Of a stretch of 64,000 nt of DNA, positions 38,353-48,305 are shown one piece after another. Position 1 is the stretch's first letter, and every line of letters begins with the position of its first letter. Origin of the DNA: a virus. The stretch is from positions 18,024 through 82,023 of IMG/VR virus record IMGVR_UViG_3300047476_002043; one strand, given 5' to 3'. Both the position numbers and the translations under genes were made by a program. The notes under the pieces are model-generated. The model was not told the origin of the DNA. It was given only the letters and a program-made list of their open reading frames with translations, and did no database searches.

Positions 38353-39008
38353 CGAGCACCTCCGGGTTTGTTGGTTTCTTCTGGTGAGGTCTGTACGAAT
38401 TCGTACGTCACTCGTCTTACGTAGCGATAGAATCTAATGATGCCGTGATCTGAGTCCAACCCACAAGTTGTTCCTTCTGTCTTTAGGTAGACGTCGTTGA
38501 ATGTATCGTAAGGAAGGTACACTTCCCCGTCAGAGAACGTTGCGTTGCCGTTCATGATCAGATCGCGGACATTCTTAGTCCCTTCATCCGTTCTTCCTGG
38601 GAACAGGAGGTGGAGATGGTCTTCATGAATCGGTATGAAGCTACCATGGAACATGTTGAACATCAGTCTGCCGCCAGAGGCTTTGTTTAGAAACATATCC
38701 GTTGAAGTACCAATCTGTCGCAGCTCAGCTAGCAAGTTTGGACTAAATATGTGGTTATCGACCAGTAAGCGGAACAGCTGAGCCGAAGCGGTCCTCCTGA
38801 TTTGAGTTGACTCATAACCAGCTATCATTAGATCCTTACACTTGTGCAAGGTGATGTTCAGATCATCTATGTATCTAACGATAGTTGGATTCGGGATATG
38901 GTTCCGAGTATTGACAAGCCTGAGGAACTGATTGCTCCCATCGTCTGCTTGAAGATTGAGCTCTAGCACATCGATGTCTGCATCGATTTCTCCTAAGAAA
39001 ATTTGCAT
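38349..39008 (-). CDS. hypothetical protein
   Basis: 219 aa, GGAG RBS. Confidence 0.65.
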   Translation of the reverse strand: MQIFLGEIDADIDVLELNLQADDGSNQFLRLVNTRNHIPNPTIVRYIDDLNITLHKCKDLMIAGYESTQIRRTASAQLFRLLVDNHIFSPNLLAELRQIGTSTDMFLNKASGGRLMFNMFHGSFIPIHEDHLHLLFPGRTDEGTKNVRDLIMNGNATFSDGEVYLPYDTFNDVYLKTEGTTCGLDSDHGIIRFYRYVRRVTYEFVQTSPEETNKPGGAR

Positions 39009-39034
39009 GAGTTATCTCCATTTTTTGATTGACA

Positions 39035-39652
39035 TCAATCCGTGATGATAACGGAAGTGAGGATGAGCGATGAATCGTTGTAGAAGATGAACGGAGAGAT
39101 TACGCTGTTATGATCCGTGCTGTACTCATGATCTTTCATTGTTTCTAGATTACAGACCGAGCCAACAGGGAAAGATCCACGAAGGATCGCAACATTACCG
39201 ATTTCTTTCTTGATCATATCAGCATGCCGATCGATCTCAATCAAGAATGCTGGATCACAATGTAGAATACCGAGCAAGTAAAATTGACGATTTGGGATAT
39301 TAATTTCCATCCTCGCCTTCGCTTGCTCAATGAGCTTGTCGACATGGCTTAAAAGCTCCTGCTTGAATGATTTAAACATGTTAGACTCCTCCGGCTCGGC
39401 AACTGCCATATTCGCAATGAGAAGTTTGATGTCATCCGAAGGAACGGGGTTTAGGAATTTAATGTCCATCACGCGAATCGTTTGTGGGCTACTTAGGTCG
39501 CAACAGGAGAATTCGATTCTCCCATTATTGATAATAATCGATCGTTCGCGATCCAAGAATCTGTTCAGTTTGACGTCGTTAAAGTTTAGCCACTCTTGAA
39601 GGACTTTCTTTCCTGCGTCATTGAGGATTGAATTTAACTTAGGCATGATCAT
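39035..39652 (-). CDS. hypothetical protein
   Basis: 205 aa, GAGGAGG RBS. Confidence 0.65.
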   Translation of the reverse strand: MIMPKLNSILNDAGKKVLQEWLNFNDVKLNRFLDRERSIIINNGRIEFSCCDLSSPQTIRVMDIKFLNPVPSDDIKLLIANMAVAEPEESNMFKSFKQELLSHVDKLIEQAKARMEINIPNRQFYLLGILHCDPAFLIEIDRHADMIKKEIGNVAILRGSFPVGSVCNLETMKDHEYSTDHNSVISPFIFYNDSSLILTSVIITD

Positions 39653-40110
39653 TCCTCCTCATTTTCTTCAAGTGAATCTTCCTCGACCGGTTCACCGATA
39701 GCAATCGTCGTCTTGGTGTCGATGAAGACCGCCGGTGTAATTGTCACACAACAGAAGGTTCCGTTGGTTTCAGCGAAGACGCTAAAATTGTCTTGCCAAT
39801 TCTCTTCAGTGCTATCCTTCTCGATGCCGATAGAAAGAGTAACGATCTCTCCAGAATCGCCAGATAGAAGGAAATCCCACGTGAGATTTCTCTCTCCTCC
39901 AGAAATCGCCGAAGAATCGATCTCGTCGAAATTGAAGATCTCGCAACTAGCGACAACACCATGATCATCGGCGTTGACTCGGAAGTCGTAAATATCAAGT
40001 TCGATAGGAAGAAGATGAGATACATCTTCAGTCATGGTAAAGACAAATTTGGCAACGAAATTGAAACCTTTGAATTCGAACGGAGCAGACGTAACTGAGA
40101 TTTTCTTCAT
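39649..40110 (-). CDS. acidic hypothetical protein
   Basis: Start re-picked at MKKISV, downstream of the early promoter at 40147-40175. Confidence 0.65.
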   Translation of the reverse strand: MKKISVTSAPFEFKGFNFVAKFVFTMTEDVSHLLPIELDIYDFRVNADDHGVVASCEIFNFDEIDSSAISGGERNLTWDFLLSGDSGEIVTLSIGIEKDSTEENWQDNFSVFAETNGTFCCVTITPAVFIDTKTTIAIGEPVEEDSLEENEEE

Positions 40111-40146
40111 GATGATTTCCTTGGTTGGTTTTGCGAGGGCAATAAA

Positions 40147-40175
40147 GTAATATATACTCATTATGATCATGAGTT
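40147..40175 (-). promoter_or_regulatory. early-type phage promoter motif
   Basis: AACTCA-N15-TATATTAC. Confidence 0.65.
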
Positions 40176-40236
40176 GATTCTAAGAAATAAGTCCACCAAC
40201 TCCATATTAAAACATTCAACCGCTCAGGAGAATAAC

Positions 40237-40755
40237 ATGAGTAAAAGAGTCACGTTAGCTAAATCAAACGATAACAAGAACCTTCTCCTTGAAGATAACA
40301 TCATCATTAGTCAAAAAGACACGATGATCAACTTGCATCTTCTAGTGAATCCGGATAGTGCTTTTGATAAGGACAAGCCAAAGATCTGCATAAAGAACAC
40401 GAGGCCGCGTGGGGTTATTGTGGCTTTTGATGTTATTAGAGGTGAGGAAAAAGAGAAAGAGGAGCTACGATTGGCGATCGAGTTGAAGGAGTATGAGGTT
40501 ATGCTTCTTCCGGCAAACTGCTCCACTTATAAGTGTGCCACTTATACACTTGGTCCTAACGCAAGCATTGTTACGGCCTTTGGGTTCATTAAGATCACGG
40601 GTATCTTTACTCTGTTGCTCGATGAGAATTCTGGCATACTCACTGTCAAGATTGACGACAATGCGTGGATTGGCGGTAACTTACTTGGCGAACCGGTTAA
40701 GCGCGGGAAGATAAAGACGTTAGGCTTCATCTTTGATCTTTGGTACGAAGACTAA
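40237..40755 (+). CDS. hypothetical protein
   Basis: AGGAG before MSKRV. Confidence 0.65.
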   Translation: MSKRVTLAKSNDNKNLLLEDNIIISQKDTMINLHLLVNPDSAFDKDKPKICIKNTRPRGVIVAFDVIRGEEKEKEELRLAIELKEYEVMLLPANCSTYKCATYTLGPNASIVTAFGFIKITGIFTLLLDENSGILTVKIDDNAWIGGNLLGEPVKRGKIKTLGFIFDLWYED

Positions 40756-40812
40756 AAAAAGATTTGAGCAAAGAACCCCAAGTAGACGGCGTACGCCGTC
40801 TACTTGGGATAT

Positions 40813-41262
40813 TCATGTGAATCGACAGAAATGAGAATCGAAATCCTTGACATCATCTAGTTCTTTTGTGTCAAGAACATCGATGCGTCCATAATGAGGA
40901 AGCTCAGTGTACATTTCATTGTAACACTGTGCACAGATATCGACGTATTCCACGAACGGTATCTGAAGATCCTCACCGCATCTATCACATCTACCGTGAC
41001 TCATGTAGGAATCCCAAGATCCTTCATCAGGGTTAAGAACAGAAGGGCGATCATTGATGGAGAACACTTGTTCGCAGCCATCAGGTGCCTCTATCTCATT
41101 CTGATACAGGACAGATTCGCTGCGTATTCTTTCTATCGCAGGGTAGAACACCCGTAAGATTTCATCTATCCTTTCGGATACCGAAGTCGTACTTAGGAGG
41201 CGTGCGTGCGCCGGAAGCCCTAAGGTGTTATTCTGAGATAGATCGATAGGGTTGTGTTCCAT
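40813..41262 (-). CDS. hypothetical protein with CxxC pair
   Basis: CDRCG...CAQC. Confidence 0.6.
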   Translation of the reverse strand: MEHNPIDLSQNNTLGLPAHARLLSTTSVSERIDEILRVFYPAIERIRSESVLYQNEIEAPDGCEQVFSINDRPSVLNPDEGSWDSYMSHGRCDRCGEDLQIPFVEYVDICAQCYNEMYTELPHYGRIDVLDTKELDDVKDFDSHFCRFT

Positions 41263-41277
41263 ATCGACCTCACTTGA

Positions 41278-42105
41278 TCATTTGAATAGAGAGATGATTT
41301 TCTGGAGGAATCCAGGGTTCTTGATCTCCATTTCTTTGAGCTCAACGATCTCGCGACTCTCCCTCGCAGCATCTTCACGTTGCTTGATGAGCTTACGTTT
41401 TGCAAGCTCGGTTACCATGAACTTATTAGCTGCATCGGAGAACTTATCGTCACTGGTCAATGTTGGTTGACCATCACCGATGCGAAGATCTTTCATTTCA
41501 TCGAGCAATACGCTCAGTGTGAGGTCGCAGTGTTCATCGACCCAGTCTGCTATGAAGTAGAATCTTTCCACTACATAGGTCTGGGTTCGATAAACACCGA
41601 AAATGATAGGGTCTTTCTTCCTGTCTTCCTGCTTGACTTGCTTTGTGATTTTGTTGGTGTAGTCGGTGAACAGAACGTAGAACTCGTCCCACAGGTTGAG
41701 GCTTTGAGCTAAGGTAATCTTCTCCCTAACCTCAGGAGGAATAGGGCGAGGGTAGCGTTTGAGTTCGATGAGTTTGACGACTCGCTTGTCCACCTTTTCG
41801 ATGTACTTAGCGATGTGCTCTCGCATGACAAACTTGTCGAACCCATGACGGACAGCTAGCTTTTCTCTGCGGATAGCCTCGAGGTGGGTGACCAGGTTTT
41901 TAGCCAAGTCAGTTTGACCACAAGCGACCGCATCATCGAGAAGATTTTTGGACAGATCGAATAGGCCATTGAGGGACTCGTCGGTTTGAATACCGACGCT
42001 GTCTTTGATCTTCATGAAGTATGTGTCAGGATCGAGCACAGCCTCTTGGGTTGCTTTGTCGATGATGGAATTGGATATCTGATCAATCCGTAAGTCGTCG
42101 GCCAT
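41278..42105 (-). CDS. hypothetical protein
   Basis: 275 aa, GGAGG RBS; YPRPIP, LFTDY, DPIIFG, FIADW motifs. Confidence 0.7.
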   Translation of the reverse strand: MADDLRIDQISNSIIDKATQEAVLDPDTYFMKIKDSVGIQTDESLNGLFDLSKNLLDDAVACGQTDLAKNLVTHLEAIRREKLAVRHGFDKFVMREHIAKYIEKVDKRVVKLIELKRYPRPIPPEVREKITLAQSLNLWDEFYVLFTDYTNKITKQVKQEDRKKDPIIFGVYRTQTYVVERFYFIADWVDEHCDLTLSVLLDEMKDLRIGDGQPTLTSDDKFSDAANKFMVTELAKRKLIKQREDAARESREIVELKEMEIKNPGFLQKIISLFK

Positions 42106-42106
42106 G

Positions 42107-42478
42107 TTAACTCATCCTCCGATTGCGCATTTCGTTTTCTTTTTTCCAATAAGCCAGACTATGCCTCCGTTCCGATTTATGATCTCGGATGGCGAAGAAG
42201 GGCTTGCGTTTGAGATACTTTGCGTCATCGGAATTAAGTAGTGATTCATGATCCGTCACGACCACAGACTTGATCGGTTCGAAGACGCAGTTGAGCATCG
42301 TCATGTCTGGAGAAATGAGGGTCATCTTGGATGCCATCACTTGCCCACGAATTCCCAGGTCGACAAACTCGAACATGGTGTATGAAAACCAGAGGTAGTA
42401 GCCGCAGATCTGCCCGGCCTTGTTGGTTACATACAGTCGGGCTTCGTAGGTGGCTAAGTTCTTTTTGGACTTACTCAT
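42107..42478 (-). CDS. hypothetical protein
   Basis: 123 aa, AAGGA RBS. Confidence 0.6.
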   Translation of the reverse strand: MSKSKKNLATYEARLYVTNKAGQICGYYLWFSYTMFEFVDLGIRGQVMASKMTLISPDMTMLNCVFEPIKSVVVTDHESLLNSDDAKYLKRKPFFAIRDHKSERRHSLAYWKKENEMRNRRMS

Positions 42479-42481
42479 GAG

Positions 42482-43234
42482 TTATCCTTTATTCTTAGGA
42501 GTTGGAAGGTTGATCATGTAACGTTCGAGAACGTCGACAGCGTATCCGTACGCTGACTTGTTCATGAGGATGCGAGGACCGATATCGGCAAGAGCATAGA
42601 TGTATGCCTTGTGTTTGGTGTCTCCGACATACTTCATTGCGCCGCGCTTTTTGTTCAAAGTGAATGTTACTTCGCAGTGCCATTCTTCTCCAACTTTAAC
42701 GTTGGTGATTTCAAGATCGGTGAGTTTACCGTCAATGATTTCATTGATCCAAGCACACGGGCATCCTTTGAATGCTTTGGACAGCATCATCGCTGTTGAG
42801 ATAGAGGATTTCCTACCGCAGGAACACTGGACGACGTAGCGAGTGGAGACGGCTCTGTTGGTATCAACTTCAGATACAACAACGCGCCCGTCGATGATCT
42901 TGTTGCCCACCGAGAGGTTGGCTCGACGGAGACCGCTTTCCAGAATTTCTTTGTACTCAACCAGACCTTTGACCATGAGTTCTTCGTACTTCTCGATGAT
43001 CTTGGAAGTTTTGTTGTAGTACATAGATGAACCGCGAGGATTCATGATGTAGAAGCTGCTGAACTCAGCAACGAAGTGACTGTGCTTGAGTCCGGAGAAA
43101 GACAGGATCTCTTCTTGCGAGACCGACTGCTTCGTCCGAAGAAGAACGTATGCGAGCAGCTTTTTGTATTTCGGAGTGTTACCGAACCAGATTTGGACGT
43201 ACTCCTTGAATTTGACCAACTCATCTTTTTTCAT
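42482..43234 (-). CDS. hypothetical protein with a zinc module typical of phage HNH/AP2 proteins
   Basis: YVVQCSCG...GCPC. Confidence 0.55.
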   Translation of the reverse strand: MKKDELVKFKEYVQIWFGNTPKYKKLLAYVLLRTKQSVSQEEILSFSGLKHSHFVAEFSSFYIMNPRGSSMYYNKTSKIIEKYEELMVKGLVEYKEILESGLRRANLSVGNKIIDGRVVVSEVDTNRAVSTRYVVQCSCGRKSSISTAMMLSKAFKGCPCAWINEIIDGKLTDLEITNVKVGEEWHCEVTFTLNKKRGAMKYVGDTKHKAYIYALADIGPRILMNKSAYGYAVDVLERYMINLPTPKNKG

Positions 43235-43254
43235 GTTGCTTTCCTTTTTTTGCG

Positions 43255-43845
43255 TTAGAAGACCCACTCTGTTGCACCGACCATTTTTCTATGCTCAACT
43301 GCCATATCGTACATGAGCATCCAGTTACCTTTGAACGTTTTGTACTCCAGACTCGTAAATGTCACTTTAGTACAATCGCACGTAAGGGTCCAGATGCACG
43401 GATCCGGATCAGGGTGACATGCGATGAAGTTATCATCCCAATCAGCCTTCCCACACTTATGACATTTGTAGCGCCGGCCGTAAGTTGTTGCCAACTCTTC
43501 AGCCATTGATTCCGTGACATTGCGATACGCGTCAGCGAATGTGAATCCTCTTTCGCCGATACACTCACCGCTATCGTTAGACCATGCAAGAGCGATCTCT
43601 CTTTCTTTGGGAGTATCGCAGCACATCTTGATGAACTCTTTATCGAATCCACCCTTGAGCCACCAGCAGCAGATGTTTTTATCCTTACACTTCCAGTCGT
43701 CGTTAGGGAAGTCCTGACGGCGGACGATTAGGAAGTTGCTCAAGAAAGGATACTTTTCCACCAAGTGTTCTGGGAATGGTTTGTAAGGCTGCTGTTGTTG
43801 CGCTAGGAATTTCTCTTTGCGCCATTTATCTCTGATTTGTTTCAT
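43255..43845 (-). CDS. Cys-rich hypothetical protein
   Basis: Start re-picked at MKQIRD, downstream of the early promoter at 43882-43910. Confidence 0.6.
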   Translation of the reverse strand: MKQIRDKWRKEKFLAQQQQPYKPFPEHLVEKYPFLSNFLIVRRQDFPNDDWKCKDKNICCWWLKGGFDKEFIKMCCDTPKEREIALAWSNDSGECIGERGFTFADAYRNVTESMAEELATTYGRRYKCHKCGKADWDDNFIACHPDPDPCIWTLTCDCTKVTFTSLEYKTFKGNWMLMYDMAVEHRKMVGATEWVF

Positions 43846-43881
43846 TCTTATCCCTTTGATGTTGATGAGGGTTATATGTAG

Positions 43882-43910
43882 GTAATATATCGCTGATACA
43901 TTGATGAAAA
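43882..43910 (-). promoter_or_regulatory. early-type phage promoter motif
   Basis: TTTTCA-N15-TATATTAC. Confidence 0.65.
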
Positions 43911-44017
43911 AAAATAACTCTAGTGCTCCGTTATGGAGCACTAGAGGCGTGAATCGATTATGTCGGATCTTCATTAAATCATCGAGTACCACGAATGGTA
44001 TTTTCTTGAGGAGGAAG

Positions 44018-44635
44018 CTAGTTTTTGTGATCAGCTTCAGGTAGTTCGTTCATGCCGCCTTGATTGGAAGCACCCCAGCGGTCCTTCCTGACCTCGGCCA
44101 TGATTTTAGGCCGAGAATCCGGAGTGACTTGGATACTCATGATGTGGACAACAAAGGGGAGGATGACCAATCGGAAGAACGACTCCATGCTCCCACCAAC
44201 AGGGACTGTTTCAGTCTTGATGATGGTTGCTCCCTTGTACGGTTCGATGTGATCGAGATGGAAAGATGTGTCAATGACGAACAGAGTCTTAGTGATTTCT
44301 TCCGTCGGGATAACGCGCTTGACGAAGTCGTTAAACTCCTCCATCGAGGTGATACCATCAGCAACATGCCATAAGCCAATATTCTTACCTTTCGGCCGGT
44401 ATTCCGACAAGATAGTCAGAAGAGCTTCCGATGAATGATCTTGCGTTACGAAAACGCACTGCTCGAATTTGTGTTCATTGTTCGCCATGATGGTAACGGC
44501 GGCGATAACTGCTGCCCTGGTTTTACCAGAATTGGAGCGACCGATGAACATGCTAAGCTCACCTTTGGGGATAACCAGCGTGCTGGTGTAGTCGCGGAGC
44601 TGGATGTCGGTATTGATGTATTTCTGTTCACTCAT
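44018..44635 (-). CDS. RecA/DnaB-superfamily P-loop ATPase, short and divergent
   Basis: GELSMFIGRSNSGKT Walker A, LFVID Walker B, RKDRWG. Confidence 0.6.
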   Translation of the reverse strand: MSEQKYINTDIQLRDYTSTLVIPKGELSMFIGRSNSGKTRAAVIAAVTIMANNEHKFEQCVFVTQDHSSEALLTILSEYRPKGKNIGLWHVADGITSMEEFNDFVKRVIPTEEITKTLFVIDTSFHLDHIEPYKGATIIKTETVPVGGSMESFFRLVILPFVVHIMSIQVTPDSRPKIMAEVRKDRWGASNQGGMNELPEADHKN

Positions 44636-44835
44636 GATTTATTTTCCTTGTTTTCGGTGTGACAGTTGATTTTTTCAAGCAGCTTAAGCATCTGTGTTGG
44701 GATCGGGGTCGGATCCTTTTTGTTGACGCGGAGAGAGAAAGTCGTCTCGCAGCCAAGGCATTTGATTGTCGTTTTTGCGATCGTCACCTTAAGGTTGGTG
44801 TTGTCGCAGAGCGGGCATCGCGGAGGATTACTCAT
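44632..44835 (-). CDS. small zinc-ribbon protein
   Basis: CPLC...CLGC. Confidence 0.6.
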   Translation of the reverse strand: MSNPPRCPLCDNTNLKVTIAKTTIKCLGCETTFSLRVNKKDPTPIPTQMLKLLEKINCHTENKENKS

Positions 44836-44859
44836 GATGAGTTTCCTTTAAGCGGTTGG

Positions 44860-46101
44860 TTACGATCCGGATTGTTTGCGGCTAAGACTGGCATTATAAC
44901 CAACATCGCGGAACGCGATGCAGGTCTTTCCCCCGTAGGAGAATGTCAATCTGTCATGATTCTTGGACACCACGGCAGTGAGCTCAGGGATTTCTGGATG
45001 GACGAAAGAAGCGCGGTCATCGCCTACGAGCATGTCTTGAACATGATCCCATTCGACACCAAGTTTACGCTCAACCCAGTTACAGGTTCTGAGTTGAAGA
45101 AATTGGTCCATGGCTGTAATGATTACGTTTGTGCCGCGAAGAATGAATGAATTGTATTTTCGAGGAGCGAGAATAACCTTCTTACGCTTAGTCCTCGTCG
45201 AAGATTCGTCTTTCGATTTCGCCGCCAAACTCACACCATCTACCATGTCCCGCTCATCTCTAAATCCTTTAAAGATTGGGTGTCTGGGACGATCTTTGTT
45301 GCCCACTGGGAGGTAGCTGTAGTGAGCTATCTTCCCAATGTACTCTTTCTGGTTTTCCCAGATATCTTTTCTTTGCTTAGCGTTGAACCCTGAGCCGATC
45401 TTGATATCACCCCATTTACTAGAGTGACAGAGTAAAGCTCCAAGTTCACCTTTAGGCGTTAAGCCGTTTTTGTCATCGCTCCTTTCTGTTAAACCAAGTT
45501 CGTTTACAACAGCCTCATTGTTGTTGTGATAAGCTTCAACCATAGAGACGATGGTCGCTTCATCAGTTTCTACAGGCTTAAGCTTATACAAGTAACCCTC
45601 TTTAGGTGTCACCTTGCCGAACTTGTATGGACCATCAAGTGTTCTGATCATGATGCCCTCATAACCAAGAGACAAGAATCTATCGTAGTAAAACTTAAGC
45701 TCCTTCTCGTTGTAGATGAGCTTTTGTGGAACTAGACAGATCCGTGAATCTCTAGCCTTTCTGATCATCCCGACCAATGTGTTATACCTCTCGGAGAACG
45801 GGACAGTATCTGATATGAGGTCAAAAACATGAAAAGTGAAATTTGGTTTCCCATCTTCACTCATCACAGCAGAGGTGACATCCTGAAAATTACCAGGCAC
45901 CATCAACTCCCCGTCAAGGAGGTTGACATTAGCCTTGGTTAGATAATCGCAGATGAACTTGTTAGGTATGGGCTTCAGAGACTTACTCAACACTCCATTA
46001 TTAAGTAAGCACCTTATCCCATCATGCTTCGGACTGATGTAAACCGGATACCTTAGAACCGAGAAGTCGGTTAAGGTGGCCGCCCGCATAGGTCTCATCA
46101 T
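44860..46101 (-). CDS. lig: ATP-dependent DNA ligase with C-terminal extension
   Basis: KHDGIR, LDGEL, FDL, EGIMIR, LYKLKP, IGSGF, PRHPIFKGFRD. Confidence 0.92.
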   Translation of the reverse strand: MMRPMRAATLTDFSVLRYPVYISPKHDGIRCLLNNGVLSKSLKPIPNKFICDYLTKANVNLLDGELMVPGNFQDVTSAVMSEDGKPNFTFHVFDLISDTVPFSERYNTLVGMIRKARDSRICLVPQKLIYNEKELKFYYDRFLSLGYEGIMIRTLDGPYKFGKVTPKEGYLYKLKPVETDEATIVSMVEAYHNNNEAVVNELGLTERSDDKNGLTPKGELGALLCHSSKWGDIKIGSGFNAKQRKDIWENQKEYIGKIAHYSYLPVGNKDRPRHPIFKGFRDERDMVDGVSLAAKSKDESSTRTKRKKVILAPRKYNSFILRGTNVIITAMDQFLQLRTCNWVERKLGVEWDHVQDMLVGDDRASFVHPEIPELTAVVSKNHDRLTFSYGGKTCIAFRDVGYNASLSRKQSGS

Positions 46102-46877
46102 TTCCTCCTTTTACGTTTACCGCCGTTAGGGCCGCGTTTAAGATCCCACCAGTTTTGCTGGGTTTTGATGGAGCTTGTGGGGATGTAGACTTCTTTCTCA
46201 GGTTTGATGTCGAGTGTGTAGATGGTTTGCTTCGGGAATTCGTCGAAGATCTCTTGCATGCTGCTAAATTCGGGGCTACCTGCTTCTCCCTTTCCGTCGT
46301 AGAGACGTAGCGCGATGGCGCGGCGTTTAGCCTCAGCCAGTTGGAATCTAACCCCAGCTTCGATGAACGATGCAAGGAATTCTTGTCCTTCGTTGCCGTA
46401 GCGTGCGCTGATGATCTTCCTGTTAGCTTCGCTGGAACAGATGTACAGATCGTGCTCTTGGTAACGACCCAGGAAGATACACTCTTCGCAGGTGTGTTTA
46501 AACACGGGCATGAATTGATGATCTGTCATCGAATCCAGAGCGATCTGTGGCTCGGAAGCTGGACGACCTGTAGAGCAGATGGTACGATAGAGCTTCTGGT
46601 ACATGTTCTTCGACAGAGGACCTTGGTAGTGTCCGAGATGACGATAGCCGATGATACCATACCCACTACCGTATTTGATCTTCGGGTCAAGGTCGATTTT
46701 GGCACAAAGCTCTTTGAACTCTTCAATCTTTTTGTTCTTCTCCATGTTCCAAATTTCAGCGAAAAGATCAACACCACCAGAGTGGTAGTAGGGGGAGAGA
46801 CATTCGCCTGCGACAAGGATCTCAAGTTGGCCGGCGATTTCGACTTCTTCTTGAGTGCTGTTGAAAACGGTATTCAT
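46098..46877 (-). CDS. hypothetical protein
   Basis: Start re-picked at MNTVF; FKHTCEECIFLGRY..HDLY motif. Confidence 0.6.
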   Translation of the reverse strand: MNTVFNSTQEEVEIAGQLEILVAGECLSPYYHSGGVDLFAEIWNMEKNKKIEEFKELCAKIDLDPKIKYGSGYGIIGYRHLGHYQGPLSKNMYQKLYRTICSTGRPASEPQIALDSMTDHQFMPVFKHTCEECIFLGRYQEHDLYICSSEANRKIISARYGNEGQEFLASFIEAGVRFQLAEAKRRAIALRLYDGKGEAGSPEFSSMQEIFDEFPKQTIYTLDIKPEKEVYIPTSSIKTQQNWWDLKRGPNGGKRKRRK

Positions 46878-46878
46878 C

Positions 46879-47394
46879 TTAACCCTCAGGTAGATTGTTG
46901 AGTTTGTAGGTGTTGAACGGTGGTGAATGGAACATGTCGATTCCGCCAGTAGTCCTTGTTCTGACGGCAAGAGAGTACCTGAGCCATTCTCGCACGATCT
47001 TCATCCACGCATCTGGTATGGCTCCTGGCCAACCTTGTTCGATGCCGACGTTATCAAGATAGATCTTTCCATCCATCTCGATAATCGGAACGACAAGAAT
47101 CACCGGAGATCCGTTCCAGATGAATTTCATGCACTTGAAGATTTCTCCGTGACGAAATACCTGAGTGATTTCCAGAACGATATCCCCGTATCTATCTCGG
47201 TCGAGATACCCAGGTAGATTCTCTCTGATCCATTGTGGAAAGATGTGCGCCATGAAGGTTCGCCACCACTCAGAAAGACAGAGTCTCCCCTTTAGGTATT
47301 GTTGCAACTTCAGGTCATTCTCGGCTATGGATTTTTTCTTTTCATGCGAGCGCTTTGCTGCACCGCGCAAGACCTTTGGTTTTTCATTGCTCAT
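46879..47394 (-). CDS. hypothetical protein
   Basis: 171 aa. Confidence 0.6.
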   Translation of the reverse strand: MSNEKPKVLRGAAKRSHEKKKSIAENDLKLQQYLKGRLCLSEWWRTFMAHIFPQWIRENLPGYLDRDRYGDIVLEITQVFRHGEIFKCMKFIWNGSPVILVVPIIEMDGKIYLDNVGIEQGWPGAIPDAWMKIVREWLRYSLAVRTRTTGGIDMFHSPPFNTYKLNNLPEG

Positions 47395-48035
47395 TTGTGC
47401 CTCTCTTTGTATTGCTCGTACAAGACGAGGAATTTGTCCATTGGGATAGCGCGATCCTCCTCTCCGAGTTCCGGATTTCCCACCTCGAAGAAGATGTTAC
47501 ACCACGCGAAGAAGACGCCGAATTCACGAGCCTTGGCTAGAGCCGTGAGCCAGACATCAACAATGAAAGGAGAGTCTAGATCAGGATGGTCGTTCATCCA
47601 CGATGGACGGAAAGATTTATCCTTTTCTAAACTAAGCATAGTCTCGTAAGCTTGGAACTCACAATCGGTAAGCCAGCCAACCATTAATGCTTCAGAGACC
47701 ATGTTGATGCAGTCGTAGATCAGCTTACAGGCTTTGGTAAAGTCCGTCAGCTCATAATACTCCTTACTCACAACTCGAATGTTCTCTTCTTTCATCAAGT
47801 TGCGCAGGTCATCATTGAGCTTTGTCGGTAGCGTTATTTCATCGGTAAAGACCAAGCTGAGGATTTTGTCAAAAGGCATCTCTTTCGTGATGTAGCCATG
47901 ACGAAGACATGCGTCCATGGTCCGGCAGTCCGAAATTAGAGACAATTCCGGACCACGCTTTCCTCGAACGACGACAGCGTATAGATCTTTCTTAGTCGTC
48001 ATCCTCATCTCCTTCGTCGACGTCTGTGTCCTCAC
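47391..48035 (-). CDS. hypothetical protein
   Basis: 214 aa (start possibly at MRMTTK). Confidence 0.6.
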   Translation of the reverse strand: MRTQTSTKEMRMTTKKDLYAVVVRGKRGPELSLISDCRTMDACLRHGYITKEMPFDKILSLVFTDEITLPTKLNDDLRNLMKEENIRVVSKEYYELTDFTKACKLIYDCINMVSEALMVGWLTDCEFQAYETMLSLEKDKSFRPSWMNDHPDLDSPFIVDVWLTALAKAREFGVFFAWCNIFFEVGNPELGEEDRAIPMDKFLVLYEQYKERHK

Positions 48036-48270
48036 GATGGACGTAGATACCTTCTGCGGTGATGAGCTTAGAGCTCATCATGTAGTCTTTGATATCTTCG
48101 GTGCAGTCATCGTACTTGACGAAGGGGCCGCCAGGGAGAGACGGTTCGCTTTCATGATTGGTTGTAGTCCACCAGAATCGATTATCAATGACGCTGATGT
48201 TGATGGCGAACTGCTCATCCATCGGATCATCGGTTTCGCCATGATTAAAGAATTGCTTACCAGTTCCCAT
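47992..48270 (-). CDS. acidic hypothetical protein
   Basis: 92 aa, AAGGA RBS. Confidence 0.55.
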   Translation of the reverse strand: MGTGKQFFNHGETDDPMDEQFAINISVIDNRFWWTTTNHESEPSLPGGPFVKYDDCTEDIKDYMMSSKLITAEGIYVHREDTDVDEGDEDDD

Positions 48271-48305
48271 GATCAGATTCCTTTTTTTTTGTTTCGTTGA
48301 TGGAC

